From a virus (taxonomy: Duplodnaviria; Caudoviricetes), in the IMG/VR virus record IMGVR_UViG_3300025671_000008, positions 1 to 54,420 of that record: a stretch of 54,420 nt of DNA; one strand, given 5' to 3'. Position numbers and translations under genes: made by a program. The notes under the pieces are model-generated. The model ran no database searches and was not told the DNA's origin. It saw nothing but the letters and a program-made list of their open reading frames with translations. Shown piece by piece: positions 1 through 10,800 of the stretch. The stretch's first letter is position 1; every line of letters begins with the position of its first letter.

Positions 1-127
1 AGTGATTTCATCTTGATCGTTTGCTCGTTCAATCATTCGATCTGCTATGAATCCTGCTCGATCAACCGCATCTGTTTCATCTGTGACTAGACCTGTTTTT
101 GCCTTGATATGGCTAACTGCGATCTCG
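1..127. repeat. Terminal direct repeat (copy 1), circular-assembly overlap
   Basis: 1-127 is identical to 54294-54420; 127 bp is a common assembler k-mer; an ORF reads through the junction. Confidence 0.95.
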
Positions 128-534
128 GTTTCCTCGTCCTCGATTTGTTCAATCAAATCTTCAAATCTCTCACGTTCACCAGCTGAAGCTCTTGCAGCAT
201 TCACCATTGCTTCCTGCTTCTTCTGCTCCAACATCAATGTTCGTTTCGCAATCTTCTCCTGGAACTCTTGATCCTGAGTGCTTTGGATAGCTGCGAACTC
301 CTGAGCATTACGCTGCATTCGTTCGTCTGATGCCTGCTTGTCAGCAAAGCCCTGCTGCCTCGCCATGATCTGCTCACGAGTCATCTGCCTCGTCGTAGCG
401 TCCTGCATGTTGGCTTGACGAGCACTCTCTTGACGGTCCTTCTCACGAGCAGCAGCCTTGTCACCTTCAGCAATATGCTGGGACACCATTGGAGATACGG
501 GATTCAAAGGCTGTTGATTCTGAAACGCACTCAT
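1..534 (-). CDS. 5' part of a ~508 aa coiled-coil putative virion/ejection protein spanning the junction (continues 54293->53301)
   Basis: ATG at 534 overlaps the upstream TGA (ATGA); frame open to base 1 (MSAFQNQQPLNPVSPMV...) and in frame with ORF 53301..54329. Confidence 0.75.
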   Translation of the reverse strand, partial: MSAFQNQQPLNPVSPMVSQHIAEGDKAAAREKDRQESARQANMQDATTRQMTREQIMARQQGFADKQASDERMQRNAQEFAAIQSTQDQEFQEKIAKRTLMLEQKKQEAMVNAARASAGERERFEDLIEQIEDEETEIAVSHIKAKTGLVTDETDAVDRAGFIADRMIERANDQDEIT

Positions 535-1619
535 GAAATTGCTCCGAGATACTCATCCGGCATGCCCATCATGTATTGAGAGCCAGGCGTCATATCCAGC
601 TGGGCCATCTGGGAAAAGATCGCCGCAATAGAAACAGGACTGGACGGGTACTCCGCGATAGCCCTGAACGAGTTCTCCATGCCTGTGGCAAGGAACTGAT
701 TCGCCATGGCTTCAGCCCCTTGCTGCATGATCACACCCTGCTGGAACAGATTGGAAGCAGTTTGAGTTTGCTGGTTACGCAGAGATCCCGCCTGGTTGAT
801 GTTGCTGCCCGCCTGCATGCCCACCTGTCCGTAGTTCTGGGCACGCTGCATCTTCATCTGGGAACTCAATTCATTGAATCGGTTCGCCAAACCAGACATC
901 GTCTGTTGTGTCTGCTGTGCAGTTTCAAAGTCCATTTGAGCAAGAGCAGCCTGGGCCTGAGGGTCGCCCTTATCTGCGGCAATCTTCATCTGGTTTCTCT
1001 GCTGGCCCCTTTGCCGAGCAATTCCAAGAGCCTGAGCAGAAGCATCAGATGCCACAGACGACTCGAGATCATTCACAGCCTGCTCAAACAGGTTGTCGGA
1101 CTGCTCGAGAACGCCCTTGTTGAACTCAGTTTGGTCTGCCAGAAACTGATCGCCTGCATCCGAGATCGTTGCTGCCTGACCCGACAGCTGATCGAAGGCT
1201 CGATTTCCGCTTTCACGAATGTTCTGAGCCCCCCCCACATAGGCGTCCTGCATGTTCTGCAAACCCTCGTTCATTCGACCGGCTTGAATATTGCCGGCAC
1301 CTACGAGGTTCTGGTAGTCAGACAAGAGGGCCGCACCCATCTGGGCTCGGGCACCCTGAGCCGGAGTGGTCTCAAATGCCGACCGAGGCATGATGTCCCC
1401 GACAGATCGGAAGCCCGTGTTAGACGTGACTCCCGGTCTACGAAATTCACCGGGGTTCCCAGGAATGGGCATGAAACCCTGCTGGGCTGCTCGCTGCTCT
1501 GCCCCGGCTTGGTTCTGGAACATGTTGTAGAACTGGTCAAAGTGGCCACCGCCAAATCCCTGTCCGGGATTCATGCCTTGACCAAAGTTACCGAAGTTGT
1601 AGTTTCCAAACTGGCTCAT
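531..1619 (-). CDS. Gln/Gly/Ala-rich putative internal virion (ejection/pilot) protein
   Basis: 362 aa, helical low-complexity composition, follows the nozzle-like gene, start/stop coupled on both sides. Confidence 0.55.
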   Translation of the reverse strand: MSQFGNYNFGNFGQGMNPGQGFGGGHFDQFYNMFQNQAGAEQRAAQQGFMPIPGNPGEFRRPGVTSNTGFRSVGDIMPRSAFETTPAQGARAQMGAALLSDYQNLVGAGNIQAGRMNEGLQNMQDAYVGGAQNIRESGNRAFDQLSGQAATISDAGDQFLADQTEFNKGVLEQSDNLFEQAVNDLESSVASDASAQALGIARQRGQQRNQMKIAADKGDPQAQAALAQMDFETAQQTQQTMSGLANRFNELSSQMKMQRAQNYGQVGMQAGSNINQAGSLRNQQTQTASNLFQQGVIMQQGAEAMANQFLATGMENSFRAIAEYPSSPVSIAAIFSQMAQLDMTPGSQYMMGMPDEYLGAIS

Positions 1620-4429
1620 CAGGTTGGCCTCTCAGACATGTCAGTACTAGTGGCCCTGCCTCTGCAAATCACGGCCATCAGCTTAAAATCCAGGTCAGGA
1701 GCAAAGATCTCAATGCCGGGATTCAGCACTGAATCTTGGATACCGAACTTGCCGCCTACATTGGCGTCTGTCCCCTTGAAGGCGGCGTAATGATTGGACT
1801 CCCCGTTCTGAACAGAGTCTCCAATCTGGACCCCTGCAAAGTCAGAGGGAATTGCCTGAACCGATGCACTTGTAGCAGTGCTGTTCCAAGCCTCTCCCCG
1901 GAAGAACTTGTAGCCCGTGACCCCCCCACTCACGTCGGTGAAGTGGCACCCGATCGAAGAGATCTGCTTGTTGTTGAACATGTCGTATGACGTGATCGTC
2001 TTCCCGTCCTGTACCCGGACCATCGGGAGGGTGGCACCTACCCAGTGGACGTACATAGGAGACAGTCCCAGGATGGTTCCTGCGATCGCCGTCGTCGATG
2101 CTGACAACTTAGACACCAGATCAGAAGACCTGACGTACAGCTTCTTGAGGCTCGTGCCGGGGCTCGTCGCGTAGTAGATCTTGATCTTGGACCCGACTGA
2201 TTCAGGTGCCCCAGGTGACTCGAGGACGTAGGCATAGGCCCCCACCAGATCGACGCCATTGGTGCCAGCGTCAAGGTAATCAGGGGGCAGCGGAGATCCC
2301 CGGCTGGCATCAAGATTGATGATGGTCTGGCCTGAGGGAGAAGTACCCGCCAGCGAGAGACACTTGAAGTGGGTGTCGCCAGCAAAGTCCAGAGTCCGGA
2401 TCGTGGCAGAGTTGTTCGCAACCTGCGTCGGATTGGTCCCCGCGTTCTTAGATCGATCCACATCCAACAGGTACACCCGAGGCTTCCAGTTAGCCGGGAT
2501 ATCCGTAGCCGTGGTCGAAGGATGGTTCTGGAGGAAGAAGGCCCGCTCCACCATTGATGTATCAGCGGTAGGCACAGGATCCTTGACCGACCATGTCCGG
2601 GGCCAAACACCCTTCTTCACCTTGTCGAACGGCATGTCGTGGAATTCACTGACCCTGCCGACGTTGAACCAGAGACAGGCTACCTCTTCCGTGGCTGGGT
2701 TGAGGATGAACATGCAGGAGGCGTAGGGATCAAATTCCATCTGGAGTGATTCCAGGTTGGACTTCCAATCCTCCATCAGCAGGTTGTCGAGGAACTCCAC
2801 ATCGTCCAACTGCCCGTTGTTAGCGACAGCCTTCAGCCCCTTGGTCGTGACGAAGTAGGCCAATGGACCTGCTGTGGCTGCTGCATCCTGACCCGCCAAC
2901 CCGAAACCAGCGTGCATGTCCTCGATCTGGAGGAACAGGCCATTGCGGCGGATGTGGTAGATCCGATCCTTGCTGAACCCGACAGCAAACTCTCCGACTC
3001 TGACCAGCTTTTCAATCCGATTCTGGTAAATGTCGGGCGTGTACTTGTTGTTGATCGGGAACAGTTCAGGGCTACGCTCAGTCAGCGATGACCACCGGAG
3101 TTCACCCACATTCCGGATCCGGTCTTCCTGATTGCTCAGTACCTGAGTTCCGCCCTTGGGGTCAGCAACCAGCAATGCACCCTCAAACGGTACGGCACTC
3201 TTACCCTGAGGAACCTCAGCGTCATAAATGACTTTGTCCAGGTAGATGTCCTGCATGGCCAACGCCATGTCCGGCAGCTCGTACAGACACACGAATGACT
3301 TCATATTGACGGAAGCGTGGTCTATGTCATTGCTTTCGAGGAGACTATCAGTCCCACTCAGTTCATAGATGTTGTCCAAATGCAGGATGGATGCTGCGTA
3401 GATCCCCCCCACTTCCTGGGTACGCACGGATCGGAAGATGTAGATCTGGTCGTACTTATTGGTGTCCGCCCGGAAAAACAGCTTGGCGTACTTTGCTGCC
3501 GAACTCGTGAAATCTTCTTCTCGAACACCCTTTACTTCACTGAGTGCAGTACGGCGTCCTGACTTGGAATCATGCAGGTAGTACGCAAACGAGTAGTTAC
3601 CCGGCTCAAGTTTCTGATACTCACGATCTGGGAGGACGTTTAAAAAGAGCGGGTTGTCCGTTGAATCGTCTGTTCTGTCCACCTCATGCGTGGAGGCATT
3701 GGTGAGAACAATCTTGCCTTCACCAGACGAGACGGAAATTGATCCGGGATCTCTTGCGTCAATGGTAGATGAAGCATGGCCGGGATCATCCGGAGTCAGC
3801 AACGTAGGCTGAGAACCTGGACCACCCTCGACAATCTTGAGCTTCTTTGGGATGTTTAAATCTGGATCACCCGTGTCGATATACGCAAAGAGGGGCTTCT
3901 TCCCTCGCACAAAGACCCCGACGAACTGGCCCATGGACACGACATCCATAGACGACAGATCGACTTGAGCACCTGACGCAATACGGACAGTCCGCCATCC
4001 GCCAGCCTCACTCTGATCGTTAGACCCGTGGTAAGGGAAATCTGCAATATTCGTAGTCGGACAATAGTCCATGTAGATGGCGACATTGCCACCAGTGTGG
4101 TCCTTGATCCGGTACACAAATCCGTGAAGGAACTCACCTTCAGAGATGTGCATCTGGACCGGGAAGCAATCCGTCACTACAGATCGATTGGTGTGGTCTG
4201 TCCCCCCCACTCCACCATTAGCCTCGCTGGGGCTGAGGACCGCTGCGGTGGTATTCAGCTCGTGGGCCAGCTTCATCCCGCTCGAGGGACGGATGCCGAA
4301 TCGGAGTGAGCCATCAATGCCGGTCAGCTCGTGAGCCACCTGCTGCCCGGAGAGAGCAATACGCTCGATCCCCTTGTTCTGGGTTGTCTTGACCGTGGGA
4401 AATACCCACCGCTTGTTCTCGTTGCTCAT
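1619..4429 (-). CDS. Putative tail nozzle / tail tubular protein B-like
   Basis: ~936 aa (start MSNENKRW, ATGA overlap), beta-rich with an LRWS...PELFP segment; podovirus gene order. Confidence 0.55.
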   Translation of the reverse strand: MSNENKRWVFPTVKTTQNKGIERIALSGQQVAHELTGIDGSLRFGIRPSSGMKLAHELNTTAAVLSPSEANGGVGGTDHTNRSVVTDCFPVQMHISEGEFLHGFVYRIKDHTGGNVAIYMDYCPTTNIADFPYHGSNDQSEAGGWRTVRIASGAQVDLSSMDVVSMGQFVGVFVRGKKPLFAYIDTGDPDLNIPKKLKIVEGGPGSQPTLLTPDDPGHASSTIDARDPGSISVSSGEGKIVLTNASTHEVDRTDDSTDNPLFLNVLPDREYQKLEPGNYSFAYYLHDSKSGRRTALSEVKGVREEDFTSSAAKYAKLFFRADTNKYDQIYIFRSVRTQEVGGIYAASILHLDNIYELSGTDSLLESNDIDHASVNMKSFVCLYELPDMALAMQDIYLDKVIYDAEVPQGKSAVPFEGALLVADPKGGTQVLSNQEDRIRNVGELRWSSLTERSPELFPINNKYTPDIYQNRIEKLVRVGEFAVGFSKDRIYHIRRNGLFLQIEDMHAGFGLAGQDAAATAGPLAYFVTTKGLKAVANNGQLDDVEFLDNLLMEDWKSNLESLQMEFDPYASCMFILNPATEEVACLWFNVGRVSEFHDMPFDKVKKGVWPRTWSVKDPVPTADTSMVERAFFLQNHPSTTATDIPANWKPRVYLLDVDRSKNAGTNPTQVANNSATIRTLDFAGDTHFKCLSLAGTSPSGQTIINLDASRGSPLPPDYLDAGTNGVDLVGAYAYVLESPGAPESVGSKIKIYYATSPGTSLKKLYVRSSDLVSKLSASTTAIAGTILGLSPMYVHWVGATLPMVRVQDGKTITSYDMFNNKQISSIGCHFTDVSGGVTGYKFFRGEAWNSTATSASVQAIPSDFAGVQIGDSVQNGESNHYAAFKGTDANVGGKFGIQDSVLNPGIEIFAPDLDFKLMAVICRGRATSTDMSERPT

Positions 4430-4746
4430 TTTCTCTGGCCTTTGGATTCCTGCCACCGGCCCTCAGGACAGGCGACCTTGGGCATCTTCAGCTTGTTGGT
4501 CAGCCGGGCACCGTCGCCCCGGCCACAACCACACTTCCCACAGAATCCAATCTCGTCGGCCTTATCCTCCACCCGGAAGGGGCAGGACATGCACGAGTCC
4601 TTCCGCTCCTGGAAAACGTGGGGGGGAACATCACCCTCCAATACCTGGGACGCCTTGGCCCGGATGTAGGACGCCACGTTCTTGGGGGTGATCTTGGCCT
4701 TGGCAGCCAGCTCGTCTTCGTTGACTCGAGGGATCTTGTAAGACAT
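4426..4746 (-). CDS. Small Cys-rich metal-binding protein (CxxC...CxxCGC...CPxxxW, DUF6171-like)
   Basis: CMSCP...CGKCGC...KLKMPKVACPEGRW; coupled to neighbours. Confidence 0.6.
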   Translation of the reverse strand: MSYKIPRVNEDELAAKAKITPKNVASYIRAKASQVLEGDVPPHVFQERKDSCMSCPFRVEDKADEIGFCGKCGCGRGDGARLTNKLKMPKVACPEGRWQESKGQRK

Positions 4747-5819
4747 CAGGGTGCATCCGTAGTTACTTGAAAGTTGAGGCTGAATGGAAAACCTGATCCT
4801 GAAGTATCAATGCAAGAGCAACCCCAAGGCCCACATCCTCCGCTAGAGGCGTACCCAAGATCTAATGAAGTAGACATGGTGCCTGACCAAGTGAATGTGG
4901 AACAAGGAAAGCAATCATCAGGATCACTTAGATCTAGATTTCTGTTTTGCGAAACGTAAGAAGAAACCAAGCCATAGCCGCAGCTATGTTCTTCATTCGA
5001 CTCACCAGGCGGAAATCGATATCGATTTAACGTATTGTTTGCGTCGCCCAGATTCGCACTTTGAGTATTCGCACTCCCCGACACATTCACGTACAAGACC
5101 ATCCAATGAACACCGCCAGTGCAATTCAAATCATGGCAGCACCCTTGGTTAAATCCTCCGCAGTATCCTGGATCAGTAGGTGCAAGATCGCAACAGTCAG
5201 AAGCTTCTTGAACAACCGAATACTCAATCTTGGCAGCAAGTCGGAGTATTCCTTGATTCTGATAGATCGCACTAGAAGGATTGCTGCTCACCCCTGTATC
5301 AGGGTAAATCGTCACGTCACTAATGTTGAGTTTTGCGTTTGGGAACTTTGTTGAGTTAGGGCTAAACGAATATCCAGAAGAAGCAATCTTCAAGCATTTG
5401 AAGTCAGGCTCGTTCGCTTCGTACCCCCCCACGCAATCTCCAAACTTTTGATTGCAGTCAGGGTACGAAAGCTCGTCTTCACCACAGGTTGCACAATTGT
5501 TGTTCGATGCCTTTGTATAGAACTGGGCTTGAACAATCGTAGTTGCACCGTCATGACACACGGAATCAGGACCAAATCCAGCACAATCTGGAATTGGATC
5601 TTCAGGGCATCTCAATTGAAAACAGGAATTCAAAGACCCTGATGCTGCCGTTTGCCTGATGTAATCGTATTTAGACAAGCCATTGTTGGTGGCATCTTGA
5701 ATCAGCATGCGCTTGCAGCTAATGCTGGAGTTCATAGATCCACATGCAGGGAAAAGGTGGTAGTACGTTCCCCCGCAAGTGCGGCCTGTACAACAACAAG
5801 GTGCGGCGTAACCACTCAT
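4746..5819 (-). CDS. Cys-rich putative tail/receptor-binding protein
   Basis: 357 aa from MSGYAAPCCC, ~27 Cys, within tail module. Confidence 0.6.
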   Translation of the reverse strand: MSGYAAPCCCTGRTCGGTYYHLFPACGSMNSSISCKRMLIQDATNNGLSKYDYIRQTAASGSLNSCFQLRCPEDPIPDCAGFGPDSVCHDGATTIVQAQFYTKASNNNCATCGEDELSYPDCNQKFGDCVGGYEANEPDFKCLKIASSGYSFSPNSTKFPNAKLNISDVTIYPDTGVSSNPSSAIYQNQGILRLAAKIEYSVVQEASDCCDLAPTDPGYCGGFNQGCCHDLNCTGGVHWMVLYVNVSGSANTQSANLGDANNTLNRYRFPPGESNEEHSCGYGLVSSYVSQNRNLDLSDPDDCFPCSTFTWSGTMSTSLDLGYASSGGCGPWGCSCIDTSGSGFPFSLNFQVTTDAP

Positions 5820-6646
5820 GAGCAAGTCGTATTGAAGTTGGGCAAGGAAGCACCGAACCAGGTGTTGCCGGCAAAGGCAGAACCACCATCGAACTTGCGA
5901 CCCATGACAACTGTGTTGTCCTCGTATCTACGGATGGATTCCCCTGCTGGGACCCCCGGAAGGTCCCCTTCAAGAGCAGCAGTTGTGTTGTTCAAGGTGG
6001 GCCGGTTATCGACAAGCCAATCTGCTGAGCCAGTAGTAATAGTTCCGGAACGTGAAAATACGTGGTAGAAACTACCTGTCGAAATTACGTCGTACTTCTT
6101 GAGACTGCCAGAAGTCTCGAATGCCAGCTGCTCGCAAGCGTACTGAATGAGATACAAAGTACCTTGCCCACCAGAGACATCACGATCGTTCACAGTGTGC
6201 TGAGCGGTATATGACACCAAACGCAGCATGTCCATGCCGACTGAGCCGAGGCTCAAGTTGACCGCATCAGAAATGGCACCGCCAACCGACCCCGCACCAG
6301 AGCCGTAGTCGCCCCCGGTAGTACTCATGCTCACCGTGAATGTGGGGGGTGTGGCACCATTGGACGCCACCTGAATAGGCAGCGTGCCCTGCACCTGAGT
6401 GGAGCCGGACACTGTCGAGGGGGAGATGAAGAAGTTACCGCCCGGAGCAGAGAGATTGAACTCTGGCCCCGTGTTGACGTTGGCGATATTCCCCCCCACA
6501 TTGTTGTTCCACGCACCGATGCTGCCCTGGTTGAACCGGGGCTGCCACTCCACCTCCCGCAACCAGCCAGGTGACACCCGCTTCTGACCAAGGCCAGATA
6601 GAACGTCTTCGTTGAAGGTGTTTACCTGGAGAGGGCTACCCTTCAT
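5816..6646 (-). CDS. Putative tail protein (Gly/Ser/Thr-rich)
   Basis: Likely start MKGSPLQV at 6646; composition and position. Confidence 0.55.
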   Translation of the reverse strand: MKGSPLQVNTFNEDVLSGLGQKRVSPGWLREVEWQPRFNQGSIGAWNNNVGGNIANVNTGPEFNLSAPGGNFFISPSTVSGSTQVQGTLPIQVASNGATPPTFTVSMSTTGGDYGSGAGSVGGAISDAVNLSLGSVGMDMLRLVSYTAQHTVNDRDVSGGQGTLYLIQYACEQLAFETSGSLKKYDVISTGSFYHVFSRSGTITTGSADWLVDNRPTLNNTTAALEGDLPGVPAGESIRRYEDNTVVMGRKFDGGSAFAGNTWFGASLPNFNTTCS

Positions 6647-6854
6647 TGCGGATTGGCTCCACAAAGAGAGGACTTCTATCGCCCATGTACGCTCCCTCAA
6701 TGTTGTAGGAGCAGTACTCTCGAGCTTCTTCGAAGTCCATGCCGTCGTCTTCCATCAGACCTTCCCAAATCTTGAGAAGCGAGTAGACGGCCTTGTCCCC
6801 GATAGTGCCCAAGAGAGCATCTTCACACCCCGGAATTGTCAGAATGTCATCCAT
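6636..6854 (-). CDS. Small acidic phage protein
   Basis: Pattern G.EDA.LG...VY...LM.DGM..EEA.EY..YNI.GA..G...P resembles a widespread phage hypothetical family. Confidence 0.7.
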   Translation of the reverse strand: MDDILTIPGCEDALLGTIGDKAVYSLLKIWEGLMEDDGMDFEEAREYCSYNIEGAYMGDRSPLFVEPIRNEG

Positions 6855-6985
6855 TACTTGTTTATCTTCTCCTTGATCTCTTGAAGGTCACGACGAATTC
6901 CTTTGACCATGGTGTAGTACACAAGTACCCACACGATCAGAGGGGTGAGATTGTTCTCGAGGATGGGAATGATCGATGGTTCCAT
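6854..6985 (-). CDS. 43 aa single-TM protein (holin-like?)
   Basis: Read by eye: MEPSIIPILENNLTPLIVWVLVYYTMVKGIRRDLQEIKEKINK; start and stop overlap the neighbours. Confidence 0.6.
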   Translation of the reverse strand: MEPSIIPILENNLTPLIVWVLVYYTMVKGIRRDLQEIKEKINK

Positions 6986-7608
6986 CAGTCAACTCCAGGT
7001 TCGTATGTGTCTGACCACTGCCCGAACAAGATGCCAAGATCCTTGCCGTCTACGATCCCATCGAAGTTGAGGTCCGATCGGTTCTGGTCACTTCCGAAGT
7101 CCGCCAGCAGCAGACCCTGATCCTGAGCGTTCACCACGCCATCAGCGTTGATGTCTGCAATCTGATCGGCACGGCGAATCGTGCATACCCAATTGATTGC
7201 TTCAGTCACAGTGTTGTTGGCTCCGACAGTAAAGACATAATCGGAAACAATCCGCTGCTTGCCAGCGTCCCAGCACAATGGAGAACCCTGCTCGAAGATG
7301 GGAACGAAGCCGTCGTCGATCCTCGTCGACATCCGGTACTTCACGTTCTTCTCACTGCCGCTGAGGTTCTGGACCTGGGCAGTACCTGCGACTGTGAACC
7401 ATCCCACCTCAGTTACAGCAGGGCGGACATAGGTCACCATCAAGGCTCGTGTTTCAGTGCTGGCCTGCGAGTTGACTTCGATTGCACTCGTGACCTCGCC
7501 ATCCGAATCAACAAACGGAAGGCGAGTAGTAGTCATCGGAAGCATTCGAGGACTGCACGGCTCGGCGTCTTGAAACGCGACGGTAGTTGCGAGGAGTAGT
7601 TCGATCAT
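6985..7608 (-). CDS. Exported protein with C-terminal dockerin-like (twin Ca-binding loop) domain
   Basis: Hydrophobic N-terminus MIELLLATTVAFQD; C-terminus ADINADGVVNAQDQGLLLADFG...SDLNFDGIVDGKDLGILFGQW. Confidence 0.8.
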   Translation of the reverse strand: MIELLLATTVAFQDAEPCSPRMLPMTTTRLPFVDSDGEVTSAIEVNSQASTETRALMVTYVRPAVTEVGWFTVAGTAQVQNLSGSEKNVKYRMSTRIDDGFVPIFEQGSPLCWDAGKQRIVSDYVFTVGANNTVTEAINWVCTIRRADQIADINADGVVNAQDQGLLLADFGSDQNRSDLNFDGIVDGKDLGILFGQWSDTYEPGVD

Positions 7609-7829
7609 GGCGTTCCGGGATCTCCGGCTTCAGGATCAAACTCGATCGTCAGAAGTGCAGCAGCAGCGGCAGTCAACTCCGAAGCCTTTGCTTGGAACTG
7701 AGCGATCAGGGCATCGTCGATTGCACTTCGAGGCTCGATCGCCTCATAACTGGCTGCAAGGTTGCCAATCTGCGACTCGATGCGAGCCAGTTCCTTGAGA
7801 ATGTCAGTGAAAATAAAGAGCGTGTTCAT
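7605..7829 (-). CDS. Helical hypothetical protein (possible fibre chaperone)
   Basis: 74 aa, coupled downstream of the tail fibre. Confidence 0.55.
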   Translation of the reverse strand: MNTLFIFTDILKELARIESQIGNLAASYEAIEPRSAIDDALIAQFQAKASELTAAAAALLTIEFDPEAGDPGTP

Positions 7830-7831
7830 GT

Positions 7832-10800
7832 CTATTGACCCCGTTCGTTGTAATGCGAGACAACGATAATCTCGTCACCGACGGATACGTTGCTCATGAA
7901 AGTAGTCCAGCTTGCGTATGCGACGTTCACGAGTGTCACCTCGTTGAGCCCGGATGTAGAAGTGGTTCCCGTTGCAGTGTGCGTCTTGGTCCCGTTGAGA
8001 TAGACCTCGAAGTCCAGCGATCCGACGTTGTTGACTACCCCGTACCTCATCTTCCCCTGACCGAGAGAAGAACTGGGCAGGAAATCGGTATAGCCATAGG
8101 GACCAATGTCGAAGCCGTTGAAGACCTGTGCGTAGTGGTAGGAACCAGCACCACTCAGGTAGGCACCATTCGCAACATCAATCTGAGTGTTGCTTGCAAT
8201 GATCGTCTGGATATCGCCGTAGAACACGATCGGAGGCTTGGTCCATTGATCTGTCCCGCCCGACCCTGTTGGCCCAATGTAATCATCGAGAAGGACAATG
8301 ATGAATCCGGGCTTCACGCCTGCATCTGAACCGAGATACCCAGAAGCGTTCTCAGTTGCGACCTGGCTCGTCGATGTGTCGCTGGGCCACGCAATCGGAG
8401 TTTCCCACTCCGTCTGACTTGTCGCTCCCGTGCTGGGAATATCGTTCTTGAAGACGTACCAACCCTTGGCGTTGGAAGTGCTGAGGTTTTCCGTCGCATC
8501 TGAATACTCGTTGATATACACCGCGATGTACGGGGCCTCGATTCCGTCGTACCCAGAGATGGTGTTGCCGCTCTTAGGCACATACCCACCAGTGACGCTT
8601 CCGAGCAGCATCGAAGTCATGGTGTTCGAGTAGGTCGTCGCGGCATAACCGGGGATTGCCTTCAGCGTAGACGCAGAGGTGTTTAGTTCATCCACCCCGT
8701 ATACACCATTTGCCAATCCATCCCAGTCCGGTTCAAGGTCTGAAACGAAGTAGGCAATAGTTTGACCAACGGCCAAGGCACTGGTGTTTCCGAGGCCGTC
8801 TCCAGAGTTGATATACGAGGTCTGGTTGGAGGAGATGTCAACAGGCTGACCGAGAATCTGTCGCTCACCACCATTGAATGAGAACCCAATGCGAAGCGAG
8901 TTCCAAAGCGCTCCCACCTGCGCGCTCGTGTATCCGCTTGTGTAAGAACCTAAAACGAAGCGTGGTTTTGTATTTGAGGAAGCACCGTCCCAGTACCCCG
9001 GAGGCCAACTGAAGGTGACATCCTTGAGGATCGCGTCTCCGCTCGAACTCACTCCCATGTTGGTCCAACTGGAATTTGTCAGCGTGTATGTGATCGTCTG
9101 CCGAGTCGAGTACCGGCTTGGGCCGTCATAGGCACGCCAAGACTCAACGGAACCGGGGTTGTCAGAGAAAAGCAACAACGCGAGATCCGTCGACATCTCG
9201 TTGAAGGTGTTACCGCTTGACGAACTTCCTCCGTGATAACGGAAGTCAGCCTTGTACGTTCCACCGCCCACAGCCTCCATGACTCTCCAGCCTTGCGAAG
9301 CGGAATAGAGTGCCGCGTAAGGATAAGCCTTCCCGAAATTGAGCGAACTCATATTGCCACCGGCAATCTCAACTCCCAACTGTCCAGCCCCGGTGTTCTT
9401 TATCTTCGTCGCGTAGAGAGAAGTGCCGCTGTTGACGAAAGGGGTGATGATGTTGTTGTAGTCTTCGGTGTAGGTAATGCTCGATTGCCCTCCACCAAGA
9501 GAGTAATCCGTCGCATAGACGTTCTCGTATTCAGAGACATCCCAGTCATTGCTCGATTTCGTAGGAGCAAGTGACTTGTACGGGTGCGAGAGAGGAAGGC
9601 TTGCTTCAAGGCCCCACTTGTGCGCGAGGTAGCCTTCGATGCTCTTGCGTTGCGATTCAGTCAACGCCTTCTCAAAGATCAGGATTTCAGCAATGTCCCC
9701 ATTGAAACCGAAAGTGGTGTAGTGCCTTCCGAATCCTCCGAGGTGGTATTGCGTCGTGCCTGAGCTGTTCGCCCAACTCGTGAACCGACAGTCAACCCCT
9801 TCGTAAATATGAGCTGCCGTCATTGACTGGTAAATGTCATCCCTGTCTGTCCATGATTGCTCGACACCGTTGACATAGTTCTTCAGGTCGGTGCCACTTC
9901 CAGATGACTCGAAGTTGCTCCAAAGCACCGTGGTGCCGCTACCGTTGTCCGACGACGGCGTGTAGGTGGCGGGGCCTGCGTCCATGTACACCCACTCGTC
10001 ATCGTTGTCAGGCTTGCCAACAATAAACAACGATGCGTTCAGTAGGTTGTGAGGCATCGTGCCTATGAGGCTTTCGGTGCCATCAAAGTAGATCGTGTTC
10101 TTGCCGTTCAGGCCACCCGTATTCAGCGAAGGCTGGTCAGCCGAAGTTGCCTGAGCCAGGTCCGATGTCGCGTAAGGGCTAGATGCGGTGTTCCCGCTCT
10201 TGTCTGCCCAGTTGCTTATGTTCGTAGTGCCAGTGATCGTTGAAGCATCCGAAGCATCAAACCAAGCAACGCACCCGTCGATGGCAGTCGGGTTGTATAC
10301 GAAGATTTCATCGGGGTCACGCCAGTGATCGGTTCCGCCTTCTCCGGTGGAGTCCACATAGTTTGAAAGCAAGAGCCTGACAACGTTGTACTCACCGCCG
10401 TTGTTGAACAATCCGAGGCCGCTGCCTATGTCGCCACCACCTGTCGGACACGCAATCGGAGTGTACAACTGCGATCCGTTTCCACCGGGATTTGGATCCG
10501 CATCCTTCTGGAATACATACCAACCCGAGTTATCTGCTTCTCCGAACGTACCCGCGTCTGCCTCCGCTTGTGAAATCCAGATCGCGTAGTAAGCAGGCAT
10601 CGCCAAGCGGTTCGTGTAATTTGCGTAGCGTGCGGTGGCTTTGCTGGTGTACCCACCGAAGTTCAACCGAGGGTCGTAAACGCCTGAATGCAACGGATAC
10701 GCAGTATCGAAGTTTGTAGTCCGTTGCACGTTCCCGTAGCCCTGCGTCATTCCCGCACCGACTTCGTATGTGTCCCAGTCAGCAGAAGCAGAAGACGGAG

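Noticed and set aside
576-1790. 404 aa plus-strand ORF
   Set aside because: Antisense shadow of coupled minus-strand genes; unnatural composition.
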